Assembly: GCA_002269645.1 (NCBI GenBank)
Contig: NIVC01002768.1
Coordinates: forward strand, 1 to 64,000
Reading direction: 5' to 3'
DNA: 64,000 nucleotides
Source: Macrostomum lignano
Lineage: Eukaryota
In this document: in pieces, positions 1 through 11,790 of the stretch
Layout of the letters: the number at the start of each line of letters is the position of its first letter
Position numbering within the stretch: position 1 is the stretch's first letter
Position numbers and translations under genes: made by a program
Notes under the pieces: model-generated
Databases searched by the model: none
What the model was told of the DNA's origin: nothing
Seen by the model: the letters and a program-made list of their open reading frames with translations, nothing else

Positions 1-302
1 AGTATATAAAAAGACGCTTCTAGACCCAGAGCACTTTTTTAATTACCGTTTTTAAGGGTCTAGAGGGGGGACACGGGGTAAATAAAAAAACACATCTAAA
101 CACCATTAATACATCTAATCACCCATAATCACCCCTAACAATAAAAATCACTTCCCAACACTTCCAAACACTCCCCAACACCCCCTCGCGTCCCCCCTCT
201 TAAGACCTTACAAACGGCCATTAAAATAAGGTCTGATCTAGAAGCGTCTTTTCTATACTACTACTCTATAACCCCTTGCCCGCGCCGCAGGCGCGAAGGG
301 TC
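1..302 (+). repeat. Left terminal inverted repeat of Polinton
   Basis: Matches the reverse complement of 17626-17933 with about 6 substitutions and a few homopolymer indels (by eye). Confidence 0.95.
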
Positions 303-442
303 GGAAAGAATAGAAGCTATTTATAGTCAGCTCACCTACCCACCCAACATTCCATTTAGACCAGATTTTAGACCAAACAAAACTAGACTATCGTTTTGGT
401 TTTCGTTTTCAAAAATTTGGTCTAAAATCTGGTCTAAATGGA

Positions 443-879
443 ATGCAGACAATCTTTTTGTTACTAAAAATAGAACAAAAAATGACACACGTTACACATA
501 TGCAAAATCTGAATGAATTGCAGGTAGGAGACCCAGTTGAATACCGAGGTGAGGGGCTTTTTGATGTGGTTGGAACAGCAGCAAATTTTGTTAAAGACAA
601 TATGGGGCTTATAGGGCAAGCTGGCTCTGCAGCAGGCTCTATAACAAATGCTGTAAAAGGAGGAATTGAAGCAGCTAGAGCGGCAGAAGAACTAAAGAAA
701 TTGAGAGATTTTAACGACACCCTCTCACAAATAAATGCAATAAAAGATTTAAAGCTGGCACAAGCCGCACAACCAACAGAAACCCCACGAAAAGCGCACC
801 AATAAGTAATAAAGATATTCAGGATTTTAATAAAATGTTAAATACTATTAAAGGTGGAAAAGGATTAAAGAAATTTTAA
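443..879 (+). CDS. Small putative virion core protein (one apparent frameshift near 795)
   Basis: ORF 443-805 is Gly/Ala-rich and amphipathic. Adding one A in the AAAA run extends it to APISNKDIQDFNKMLNTIKGGKGLKKF* (879). Contains GEG/KGG motifs resembling protease sites. True start may be 482 or 500. Confidence 0.5.
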
Positions 880-889
880 CAATATAAAA

Positions 890-1873
890 ATGGACTCAGT
901 TAATGATGATGAAACCGGTTATATTTTATAGGAGAAATTGTAGATACTTTAGATCTTGATGATAATAAGCAAACCACACACATGTTAAAAAGATTGGATC
1001 GATTAGGTAAAAAGTTTGACTACGACATCGATACATTTAAACTCGCAGCAAAATATGCACAAGAAGGAAGGCCAATATCCTTTAAGAATCGCGGCAGAAA
1101 TTATAGGTTGACAGACTCCGATGTGAAATTTTTAATGGAGACTCACACTAAAAAGGACGGCGGATTACTACCCATTCTACCGCTTCTTTTAGGACTTGGC
1201 GCAGCTGGAGCAGTCGGTTTAGCCGGAAAAAGAATTCATGATAATGTAAAACAGCTAGGAGAGTTAAGAGCGAAACAGGGGGGAATCTTGCCCCTTGCAG
1301 CTTTGCTCCAATAATTTTTGCAGGAATTGGAGCAGCTGGAGGAGTTGCTGGCGGAGCAGCTGGAATTGCAAAAGCAGTAAATGACAAAAAAGCTGCGGAC
1401 GAAAAAGCTAAAAGAGAGGCCGAATTTCAAAGACAGCAAATAACGCAGGACGCACAATTTAAACAAAACTTATCGATACAATTAATAGTAGTTCAGCAAC
1501 AGCTGAGCAAAAAAGAAATGCAGAAGCTAGGTTATCAGCTGGAAAAGGTTTACTAAGGATCAAATCATGGCAATGGTTTACTAAAAGGAACAACCCAAGG
1601 AAGTGGAGTTGTCGCAGATAAACTACATGAATTTGGCAAACTTTAGAAAAAACGGGAGAGAAAGCTAAAGGATTTTTTGACAATATTGGATCCAATTTTA
1701 GACCAGCTGTTCAGAAAATTTTTAATAAATTAGGAAAAGATTTTAATATCATTGAAAAACACGACGGAAGCGGATTATATCTCGAAATGAGACCAAAAGC
1801 AGGTTCAGGAATTTTCTTAAATTCAAACGTTATGGGCAATGGATTGCTATTACCAAAAGCAGATCTCGAATAG
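890..1873 (+). CDS. Adenovirus protein X-like core/membrane-active precursor, broken by several single-base indels
   Basis: Two GG|(L/I)LP hydrophobic segments (DGGLLPILPLLLGLGAAG; QGGILPLAALL[P]IIFAGIGAAGG) resemble adenovirus pX GG|xLP. Downstream frames give repeated GxG motifs (GSGLYL, GSGIFL, GNGLLL). Start ATG at 890 follows TATAAAA. Confidence 0.55.
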
Positions 1874-1957
1874 GCTCCTGGGGGGAGGGTCTGGACACCA
1901 AAAACACAAAATTAAAAAATCAATAATTCAAACATTATATAAATTTTATTCTATAAA

Positions 1958-4900
1958 ATGGAAGCAATTTTAGCTCAAATCGACAACCCTGAACTTAGAG
2001 CACAATTAATAGCTCAAATCGATGCACAACGAATTGCCGATAGGGCTGAAATAGAAGCAAGAATTAGGGCAGAAAATGAGATACGTTTAGAAAGACAATT
2101 AAATGATATTAATAACCCCAACCACAAGGACAAAATGGAGCTGAAGTAATATATATAGATATAGATATAAATACAAATTATAAAGAATATTTTAAACAAA
2201 TGAAAGATAAATTAAAGACTATTAAACAATTATACTATAAGGCCAAATAACAAACGACAGCCAATTAAGTATAAAATAGAAGTTGAAACAGAATTTAAAA
2301 AACCAAATATTCTTAATGCAAATTCAGAAATTGAAGTAATAAATAACTTTTCACAAGAATCATATAAAACATTATTATCAATGGGAAATTACAACAATCA
2401 ATTCGATCAAATAGAAGCTGAGTTTGATGAATGGATAGATAAGATGACAGAAAACGGATCTGGGTTTATATTTGTATTCATGTAATTCAGCAATAGTAAA
2501 GATTGCACCTATAGAAATTCTTAAAGGACGATCACATATGAAGCTCAAATTTAAATCACCTATGATTATAAATCCAGACAATAAAGATAATAAATGTTTA
2601 TTATGGTGTTTATTAATTCATAAATATCACAATCAAGTAGAATCACACATTAATAAAATATATAATTATAGACAATATGAGGATGAAATAATAATGAAAA
2701 ACATATCATACCCAGTAGCAATAGATGATATATATAAGATTGAAAAAATGAATGGTTTAAATATTAATGTGTTTACAATTGAAGAACCAAAAGATCTAGA
2801 AGAAATTTTAACCGATCCAGAATGGTATAAGAAAAGGTGTTATCTTGTTAAGCCAGCAACTGATATAACAGCACCAGATCAAATCGATCTTTTGTACATG
2901 CAGCGCGAAAATGAAACACATTATATATACATAAAAGATATTAGTTCTTTTTTAAGAGAAAATAGAAATAGATATCCACTATGTAGAAATTGTTTTACAT
3001 TTAAAAAGGATGAAACAGCTCTTAAAAACCACCAACGATTTTGTTTAGATCACAAATTTACTAATGCTATAATGCCAGCATCTGAAGATGCAACCCTAAA
3101 GTTCCAACAACATTATATGGCAGTTAAAAAACCAATAGTAATATATGCTGATTTTGAAGCAACAAATGTTCCCTTAAAAGAATCACAGACGGTATCTGAT
3201 GATGGGGAATGCACAAAAAAATTGGCACAACAGTTTCCGAATAGTTATTGTATATATGTACACTCTGTAGCTGATCATATATTTAAATCAAGGATGATTA
3301 CTTACCACGGTAATGATGCAGCTAAGCACATGGCAGAATCATTAGTAAATGTATTTGAATATATTCAAAATCAATATGATAAATTATCAAAAAATATTAA
3401 TATGACAAATAAGGATAGAGACAATTATAAAAATGCAACAAATTGTTTTATGTGCAAAAGATATTTAAGTAAGAAAAATAAGATACGAGAACATTGTCAT
3501 CTAACAGGAAATTATCGAGGGGCAGCATGTAGATCATGTAATGCAAAAGAAGGAAAAGGATGTAAGGAAATACCAGTATTTTTTCATAATGGTTCCGGAT
3601 ATGATTTTCATTTCTTAGTTCGAGAATTGCTTCATTTAGGAAAGGATGAATATGAAATAAATATATTACCTAAAACATCAGAAAATTACATATCAATAAC
3701 ATATGGTAAGAAATACTCCCATCTAGTTTTTCTAGATTCCTTGAGATTCTTATCAACATCTTTAGCAAATGTTGTTTCATCATTAGTTCCAAAACCATGG
3801 GATTTAGAAATAGTAAAGAAAAACTTTCCAATACTATTGAATCGTTTCAAAAAAGAAAAACTATCCGAGGAAGAACTAATGCTATTAACTCGTAAGGGCA
3901 TCTATCCATATGAATATGTAACATCTGAAGACGTATTTTTTCATACCGAATTACCCCCATTGAAAAGTTTTATTCAACATTATCACAAACAAACATAAGT
4001 GAATCGGATTATGAACACGCTCAAAAAGTATGGAAATACTTTAATTGTAAAACATTTAAAGATTATCATAATCTATATCTTAAAGCAGATGTTCTCCTAT
4101 TAGCTGATGCATTTGAAAACTTTAGGAATCATACATATGAGAATTTTAAAATTGATCCCGCATATTGTTTCAGTGCACCGGGATTAACATGGGCTTGTGG
4201 TTTGAAACATACAGATGTTAAGATTGATTTACTAACTGATCATGATATGTTGTTAATGATTGAGAGAGGAATTCGCGGCGGATTCTCGGGTGTACTAGGA
4301 GATAGATATACTAAAGTAAATAATAAATATCTACCAAATTATAATAAAAAAGAAAAATCATCATATGTATTATATCTAGATGCAAACAATTTATACGGTG
4401 GTTGTATGAAACAAAAATTACCAATAGCTGATTTCCAATGGGAAGATGACCCCGATTATTACAAAAATATTCCCGAAGGAAGGGGCTGTATCGTAGAAGT
4501 GGATTTGCAATATACTCGGGAAGCAAAAGCAAAAACATATAAATATCCTTTAGCTCCAGAGCATTGTTCAGTTAATGAAGATGATTTATCACAAACACAA
4601 AAAGATTATCTTAAAGCAGATAATGCAAAACATCTAGCAACAAAAAAATTAATATTAAATTTACATGATAAGAAAAACTATGTAGTGCATTATAAGCTTC
4701 TACAATTTTATGAAAAGCAGGGATTAAAAGTGTCTAAAGTACATCGAACAATATCGTTTATTGAGGAAGATTGGTTAGCTAAATATATTGACTTTAATTC
4801 AAATCAGAGACAGATGTCAAAAACAAATTTTGAGAAAGATTATTGGAAATTAATGAATAATGCTTTTTATGGAAAAACGGTTGAAAATATTAGAGATAGA

Positions 4901-5920
4901 ACCCAATTCCATTTAGAAAAGGATATTGATAAAGCAAAGAAATATTTCTCAAAACCTAACTTTAAAGACTTTATAAAATTTGATGATAACTTTATGGGTA
5001 TTCATATGAGAAATAAAACAACAAAATTTCTTAAACCAATATTTATTGGAATGGTTGTTTTAGATTATGCAAAGCTGGTAATGTATGAATATTATTATGA
5101 TGTTATAAATAAAACATGGCCAGATAACTATCCAATATATGCAGACACCGACAGTTTGGTATTTAAGGTTGAAACAGAGGATCGGGCAAAGCCCGCGAAC
5201 CAAAGGTTCGATGTCTATAAAGATATGGAAAAAATTAAGGATACACTGGATACCTCCGACTATCCGGATAACCATCCTTTAAAATCAGATCAAAATAAAA
5301 AAGTTGTACTTAAAATGAAAGATGAATTAAATAGCAAAATCATAACCGAGTTTATAGCAATAAGATCAAAATGCTATGCATTTAAGGTTTTAGGACAGGA
5401 GGGAGAGGTAAAAAAAATAAAAGGTGTATCAAGAGCAGCAGTAAAAAAGATAACATTTGATGATTATAAAAACGTACTTTTAGATTACCTTAATACAATT
5501 GAAAATTATCATGCTCCACAATATCGATTAAATTCAGATAAGCATCAGATGTTTGTCATCGAGACAGATAAAAAAACATTAAGTCCATTTGATGATAAAA
5601 GATATTTAGATGATAAAATTAAAACATATCCATATGGTTTAAAAGAAGAGATAAAAAATATGATAAAAGATAAAAAACAAAAAGAAGATATAATAAGTAA
5701 ATATAATGAATACAAAGCGGCAATAAATAATTATTATTACGATTGTGATTGTGAATCCGAATGTGATTGTGAATATAATACATTTCTAGAATATGAAAAA
5801 GATATAGATAATTATTATTCAACATTTCCAAAAGAACTTAAAAAATTAAATAAGGAAAAAGTCTTGAATAACTGGAAGAGATTAACAGAAAAATTACTTA
5901 TCGGGTCTGTAAAAAACTAA
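1958..5920 (+). CDS. polB: Protein-primed family B DNA polymerase (pPolB), interrupted by frameshifts at about 2134, 2228, 2472 and 3957
   Basis: Motifs: ENGSGF (N-terminal region), CxxC...EHCHLTGNYRGAACxxCN, exonuclease FHNGSGYDFHF and FLDSLRFL, RKGIYPYEY, A YLDANNLYG, B KLMNNAFYGK, C YADTDS. Region 3960-4200 reads through in a shifted frame (IEKFYSTLSQTNISESDYEHAQKVW...). The 1958 start is inferred by frameshift repair. Confidence 0.93.
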
Positions 5921-6253
5921 AGCATGTAATTGTTTGAGCAAATCATTAACTTCAATTTCATATATTATTGAGCACCAATTATCCTCACAGTCGGCAGGGT
6001 AACTTAAACAATCCTTTATTTTTTTCCTAAGTTTTTTTATTTTTCTAACCAATCTATCTATTTCAATTTCAATTACTATTTCAGCATAAACAATATCTTG
6101 TCTTAAAAAACGTTTTCTTTTATCTATCTCATATCGGATGGGAAACATATCGTCCCCATACTCATGATATTTCTGAGATATAATTATATTTATTTTTTTA
6201 TTAATATCATTAAGTTCACGCTCTTTAGTGATAAGGATTTTTATCGTATCCAT
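5894..6253 (-). CDS. Hypothetical Polinton accessory protein (119 aa)
   Basis: Open ORF, tightly packed between viral genes; no recognised motif. Confidence 0.5.
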   Translation of the reverse strand: MDTIKILITKERELNDINKKINIIISQKYHEYGDDMFPIRYEIDKRKRFLRQDIVYAEIVIEIEIDRLVRKIKKLRKKIKDCLSYPADCEDNWCSIIYEIEVNDLLKQLHALVFYRPDK

Positions 6254-6281
6254 TTTCTTATAAAAAATTTAGTCTTCGTCG

Positions 6282-6635
6282 TCATCCTCCCAAACAAGCC
6301 AATTTTACAGTCCTATCACTCTTTTTATTATTTGTTTGTTTTAGTTTAAATTGCAATCCACCCTCGTTGCAGTATTTCATAACAAACGCTTTAGGTTTAT
6401 TAATAACTAAAACAGGAAAATTTTTAACATCATCTCCGCTTAGACATAAAATTTTTTGCCCATCTAATTGTAAAAATATTGATTGAAGCCCAATAAATTT
6501 AACCTGTCTCAAACATATAATATTATATTCTTTATTCTCCAACATATTGGGTGTGAGATAATTAATCACATTAGAATCGGTTTTGAACCAGCTCTCCATT
6601 TTTAATCTAAAAAAATAAAAAAAAATGAAAGACAT
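6282..6635 (-). CDS. Hypothetical Polinton accessory protein (~105-117 aa)
   Basis: Open ORF; probable start at MESWF after TAAAAATG. Confidence 0.5.
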   Translation of the reverse strand: MSFIFFYFFRLKMESWFKTDSNVINYLTPNMLENKEYNIICLRQVKFIGLQSIFLQLDGQKILCLSGDDVKNFPVLVINKPKAFVMKYCNEGGLQFKLKQTNNKKSDRTVKLACLGG

Positions 6636-7137
6636 TTACGAATGTAATAAATGTAATGTGACTATGCACAGAGGGCAAACAGCAAACGGAGATATATATC
6701 ATATGTGTTATTCATGTTCTAAAATATATCAATTTGAAAAAACAAAAAAGATTGAAAACTCATATTACTATTTTAAAAACACAATTTTAAGAAATCTTAC
6801 AAGAGACATTTCTGATCCAATTTTAATTCCCGGAAATAATGTTTATTTATATAATAACTTTTTCCATTTAAATAAAGGAAAGGGATTAAGTTCGAAAGAC
6901 TCTGAAAGGATTTTAATTTTAGTTGGATATTATTTCAATTTTCTTATTCGAGAGAATACAAAGTTTATAAGGATAGGTAACATACCTAACGAAATGTTAT
7001 TGAAAAAGTCATTGGAATTTTTATGTATTGATAAAAAATTTAAACCTAGGATCAGAAGAGAGTTACCACTTTGGGAAGAAAATATAACATATGCATTAAA
7101 TAAATTAAACAACATTAAGTTCTACAGCACTTCCTGA
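6625..7137 (+). CDS. Hypothetical protein with N-terminal C4 zinc ribbon
   Basis: CNKC...CYSC; ATG follows an A run. Confidence 0.55.
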   Translation: MKDIYECNKCNVTMHRGQTANGDIYHMCYSCSKIYQFEKTKKIENSYYYFKNTILRNLTRDISDPILIPGNNVYLYNNFFHLNKGKGLSSKDSERILILVGYYFNFLIRENTKFIRIGNIPNEMLLKKSLEFLCIDKKFKPRIRRELPLWEENITYALNKLNNIKFYSTS

Positions 7138-7760
7138 CCGCGGACTTTGTGCCCCAGTAGCAATAGTTTCAGGTTCGTAAATGCCTAATGTTTCTATAGG
7201 TGGAGCTTTGGGTTTATCGAGTCTCAACTCTTTTAATTCCATATCGGTAAAAGTTTCAACATCTAAAATTCTATTTCTATCTTTTAAATATTTTTCATAT
7301 AATTCAACCGCGGTTGATAATTCATGAATCGTTATCTCTCCGTCATCCAATATTTTTTGCACATATAAATATAATTGATTTTTATATTGCTTGGCAACAT
7401 CTCTTAAAGATTTATATTTTTCCTTTCTTTTTTTAAGATATAATTTAATTGCTAAAAGTATTGATAAGTTCTGATCAATTCAAAACCTGATATTGAGCCA
7501 ATTGAAATACCTAAAAATAATTGAGATAAATTAAGAGTTGGAATAGATTGTAAAATACCTAAAACGATTACACATAACATTGATAAGCTTCCAAATCCAA
7601 TATTGAAAAAATCCATATTTCTTATATGGTTTGAAACTCTTCTTACTTTTTTAGTATATAAATCATAATCATAATTTATTCGATCAACATTACTTAACAT
7701 CTGACCTTTACGTTGGTTGAACCGGTCGCGTTCCCATTTATCTGCTTCAGATACCGACAT
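7105..7760 (-). CDS. Putative membrane protein (two hydrophobic helices plus ILDDGEITIHEL motif), frameshift near 7470
   Basis: ORFs 7452-7760 and 7105-7362 join through the frame LSILLAIKLYLKKRKEKYKSLRD...VQKILDDGEIT. Confidence 0.55.
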
Positions 7761-8071
7761 TCTCGTCTATTTTTAATAGCACCAAAATGAATTCCCCACG
7801 CTCTTTGGGATTTGCCCGAGCTTAATAGGTATTGTATTGGAGTTATTCTTTCTTTTTTCTCCCATTTAAATCCTATTTTCCAAAACTCTTGAAGTATAAT
7901 ATGATTTTTTAATAACTTAATTAATTCTTGAAGCTTCTTATTATCCTGAACATTTACAGTACTAAATAAAAATTTGGTATGAGATTTGAATGTTTTTATA
8001 TTTGATTCTTGTTTAGGAATAGGAATAATAACATTATTTTGCCGCATCGATGGAGTTCTACTAAAAGCCAT
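7694..8071 (-). CDS. Hypothetical Polinton protein (125 aa)
   Basis: Open ORF with CTATATAAAATG start context. Confidence 0.5.
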   Translation of the reverse strand: MAFSRTPSMRQNNVIIPIPKQESNIKTFKSHTKFLFSTVNVQDNKKLQELIKLLKNHIILQEFWKIGFKWEKKERITPIQYLLSSGKSQRAWGIHFGAIKNRRECRYLKQINGNATGSTNVKVRC

Positions 8072-8141
8072 TTTATATAGAAATATTTAATATTATAACG
8101 CGTATTTCGATACGATTTTGGTTCGCGACTTAGCTTTAGCC

Positions 8142-10186
8142 TTAGGCGATTTCGGTTTGTGGCCGTTCCAAATATGCGGTCGCAGCAAAATCATATCCTG
8201 CTGATGTGCTACCACAAACGGCTGCACCACGAATAAAATGTGCGGCATCTGCTCCTCCAGTTCGAGCACCAAAACCCATAAGAGTTCCCGTTTTATCTAA
8301 ATCTCCCCAAGTTCCACTATCATATGTAAAAAAGTTTTGCCCAATTAGCGTATATGTATTAGCTGATACATTGTATGTGCTTATTTGATACCAAACTCTT
8401 TGATTTAAAATATTAATTTCAAAAAGATGCCAATCGCCGTTATCAATATTAGCATAGGTTATAGTTTGATCTGCGTCATTAAGAACATCATTACGAGCTG
8501 TTGCACCGTCTGATTTTATATTGCTCCAAACAACCCCAACTCTATCATGCCATTCACTCGCAAACACAATCAAGCCGGCGCGGGTTGTTAACCCGGATCC
8601 AAATTCACTTGTTGGACGTTCGTGACAATATGCATAAAACCAAACCGCATCAGCACCATTCCTGTAGCATTAGCAACTCGGAAATAGAAGGAGGCGGAGA
8701 TATTACGAAAATGGGTGAAATTAAATTGCAACGCTCCAGACTGACCACTTGCTTCATCAGTAATTCTAGCTCCATTTTGATAATCAATATAAGTAGCGCT
8801 ACCAACAAAACTTCCAGTTGGAAAAATATCACCGGCTGTGGTTGGGTTTTGATATCCAGTCCAATTGCAAATTACAGGCTCGTACAAAGCGGCATCGATT
8901 GCAGGTATTCCATCCAATTTTATTTTATCGTTAAAAGACATTCGGCCATCCGCCGTTTGTGTTACTCGCGTATCAACATAACCTTTAGTAACAACAGAAC
9001 TGTTATTGTTTATAGTAGAGATATTAGTAATTGTATTACCTCCCATATCAATTGATTGATTAACCACTCCCAAATTTAAATCAAGAATTGTAAACGTCTG
9101 TCTATAAATCTGGAAGGTTGACAGACCCGGGTTGGTTGAACCCGAGGTTGATGTAAGACAGAACAATCTGAAATATGAATATGTTTTATCAAAATTTTGT
9201 GTGACATTAATTGTTTGAGTTGAGTTATTTATTGCTACAGAACTATCCGCAGGTATTAATACGTCCCAACTTGTATTGTCATTACTTCCCTCAAATCGCC
9301 ATGATGCTGGGTGCTCGGTTGAAGGTGATGGCCTACCACGTAAATCAATTTTATAACACATTATTGCGGAAGGGCATTGGACTTGAATCCAATAATCGGT
9401 TTGAGTATTATTTGTTGCCCAATCTGTTGAATCATTTCCATCAAACGCTTTCCAACTTGCAAAATCAGTTGTATTAAATGCAGTGCTTGCGGTTATTGCA
9501 AAACCATTTCCACTCCAATCTGCCATGGTAGGTATGTGACCAGTTTCAACCGTTTGGAATCGATCTTGTTTTGGGGCTCCACCCCCAACTAAATTATCAA
9601 CCTCCGTTTTGGTATAGGAATCAGTTATATCTCTTTTTAAATTTAAGGAATTATCAACTTCAGTTTTGCTATAAGAATCAGTTATATCTCTTTTTAAATT
9701 TAGGGAATTATCAACTTCGGTTTTGGTATAGGAATCAGTTATATCTCTTTTTAAATTTAGGGAATTATCAACTTCAGTTTTGGTATAGGAATCAGCAACA
9801 TTCCGTTTTAAATTTAGGGAATTATCAACTTCGGTTTTGGTATAAGAATCGGCCGTATTGCGTTTTAAATTTAATGAATCATCTATTTGAGTTCGAGAAT
9901 AAGAATCAGTTATATCTCTTTTTAAATTTAACCCATTGTCAACCTCTGTTTTTGTATATGAATCGGCTACGTTCCGTTTTAAATTTAGGGAATTATCTAT
10001 TTGAGTTTTGGTATAGGAATCTGCAACATTTCTTTTTAAATTTAGTTTAGTATCAACTTCACTTTTTTTATAACCTTCATCTTCATTAATATATCGGTTA
10101 TCTCCGAATGTAACACTTATTCCACCAGAAGTACCACCACCAGTACTTGATGTTCCGTTCCATGAGGGTGTTCCAGAAAATAACAT
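8142..10186 (-). CDS. Fibre/receptor-binding protein: 19-aa repeat shaft, F5/8C discoidin-like domain and L-type lectin-like domain; frameshift near 8658
   Basis: Eight and a half YTKTEVDNSLNLKR(D/N)xxDS repeats. Discoidin-like AFDGNDSTDWAT...WIQV...WRFEGSND. One added A joins the C-terminal ORF via GNGADAVWFYAY...WHLFEINI (concanavalin-like). Confidence 0.7.
9592..10072 (-). repeat. 57-bp coding tandem repeat (fibre shaft)
   Basis: About 8.5 copies of the 19-aa unit. Confidence 0.9.
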
Positions 10187-10196
10187 TTTTTACTGT

Positions 10197-10636
10197 CTAT
10201 TTTATAGAGTCTAAAATCATCTTAAATACTTCGGGGTTTACACGAGCTTCATTCGAAAGTCGATATAAAAAATACAACGCCGCTTGCCCGCAATAACTTT
10301 TATCAAAGGTTTGAAATTGTTCGTGATGATCTCCACATAAACGATTTTTAGTATGATTAAATTTATCTTTTATTTCCTGTAACGGAGGAAGCGCGTATGA
10401 ATCAAAAAAATAAACAAGTTTTGGTTTTGAATAAACTGCTGACCAATGAACACCATTTTCTTTTGTTGTTTCAATATTAACAATGAAACATCCATATTGT
10501 GGTAAGTCTTTGATCTCATCTCGCATAACACATCTGAATGGTTTTATTTTTAACTGCCTCGCCCAATTTGTTAATTCGATATTGCTTGTTGTGTCCGTTC
10601 CATATCTTGTTTAAAATCATCCCACGTCATGGTCAT
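10197..10636 (-). CDS. Adenain-like cysteine maturation protease, frameshift near 10600
   Basis: Catalytic H (GVHW), D (FFDSYA), Q and C (QTFDKSYCG). N-terminal TSNIELTNWARQL lies in the same frame upstream of the listed ORF. Confidence 0.88.
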
Positions 10637-10637
10637 T

Positions 10638-10844
10638 TTATGTTCCTGAAAAACTCTTGGTTTTAGTTAGTTTCGTAGGTGTGGGTTTTAACAATTCCTT
10701 TCTTATTTTATCAGCTTGTAACTGCCTTAATTTTGCTAGTTCTAGTTCGTAATTATCTTCAGCTTTTTTAACTTTTTCTGATTGTTTTTTTATTAAATTA
10801 TTATTATCGTGCTTTGCACGCGAACATGTTGTTCGATTACCCAT
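10638..10844 (-). CDS. Small basic coiled-coil protein
   Basis: Start MGNRTT after AAAAATG; Lys-rich; contains one hairpin module in frame. Confidence 0.45.
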   Translation of the reverse strand: MGNRTTCSRAKHDNNNLIKKQSEKVKKAEDNYELELAKLRQLQADKIRKELLKPTPTKLTKTKSFSGT

Positions 10845-10888
10845 TTTTACTATAGGAAACGGACAAAGTCCGTGAACCAAAGGTTCGA

Positions 10889-11673
10889 TCAAACCTGTTT
10901 TATACGTAAAATTATTGTTATTGATTGCCCACCAAAACTTATTAATCTATCGCTTTCATCTACAATCCTAATATAAATTGATTGAACGCTATATTGATTT
11001 AAAGGATAATATATTGGGGTTTGGGGTGCAACAATCATTTTCTCTCCAATTGGAACAGCAAGAAATGGGATTGAATAAATAATTCCACGTTGAACCAAAA
11101 CTCCGTTATCGTCTGTTATATAACCACCGTTTGAAATGTCGGTTGTTATATTAATTGTATTTACTCCACCCTCTATATTTCCAACTGTATCACCGGTGCT
11201 TGATGTGGTAACTATTCGGGAATTAAATCCAAGTATGGTTCTGAGTGAATTTGCAATTGTGAAATCAACCTGATATCCGGATCCTAGTGATAGTGTGAAT
11301 CTGCCAGACGGTAAATCAACACCTATAACAATTGCTCCTGCTACCCAATCACCATTAGTTGTTAATTCTCCTTCTATATAAGCATTCAAATCAGTATAGC
11401 TATACGCTCCTGGGTAACGCTAAATGTTGTCCAATTGGCTCCGGAATCTTTAGAATATCTAAATTGATTATTTGTTGCATTAATTAATTGAGGCATGTTG
11501 AAAACCGAAAATAGTATTAAACCTATTTGATAACTTAGGCTTTGATCAAGTTGTAATGGATCGCGCAATTGAATCCGTTGCTCGCTGGTTGTCATTATAA
11601 ACTGTAATGTTGTACTAAATTTTGAATTAGTTCGATCTACCAATTGTTTTATAGTATTTAAATTTGTAGTCAT
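10889..11673 (-). CDS. Minor capsid protein (penton, single jelly-roll), frameshift near 11413
   Basis: One added C gives VTPGAYSYTDLNAYIEG. Typical Polinton mCP features: LRTILGF, INITTDISNGGY, PIYYPL, IRIVDESDRLISFGGQSITIIL. Confidence 0.85.
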
Positions 11674-11790
11674 TTTTATAGTGGGAAATTAATCGGACGA
11701 AGTCCGATCGTTCCGAAGGTACGCGTGCTATGCACGATCGAACGAAGTTCGCGACCCTATGGGGGGGCGATCGTACCGAAGGTACGCGTG

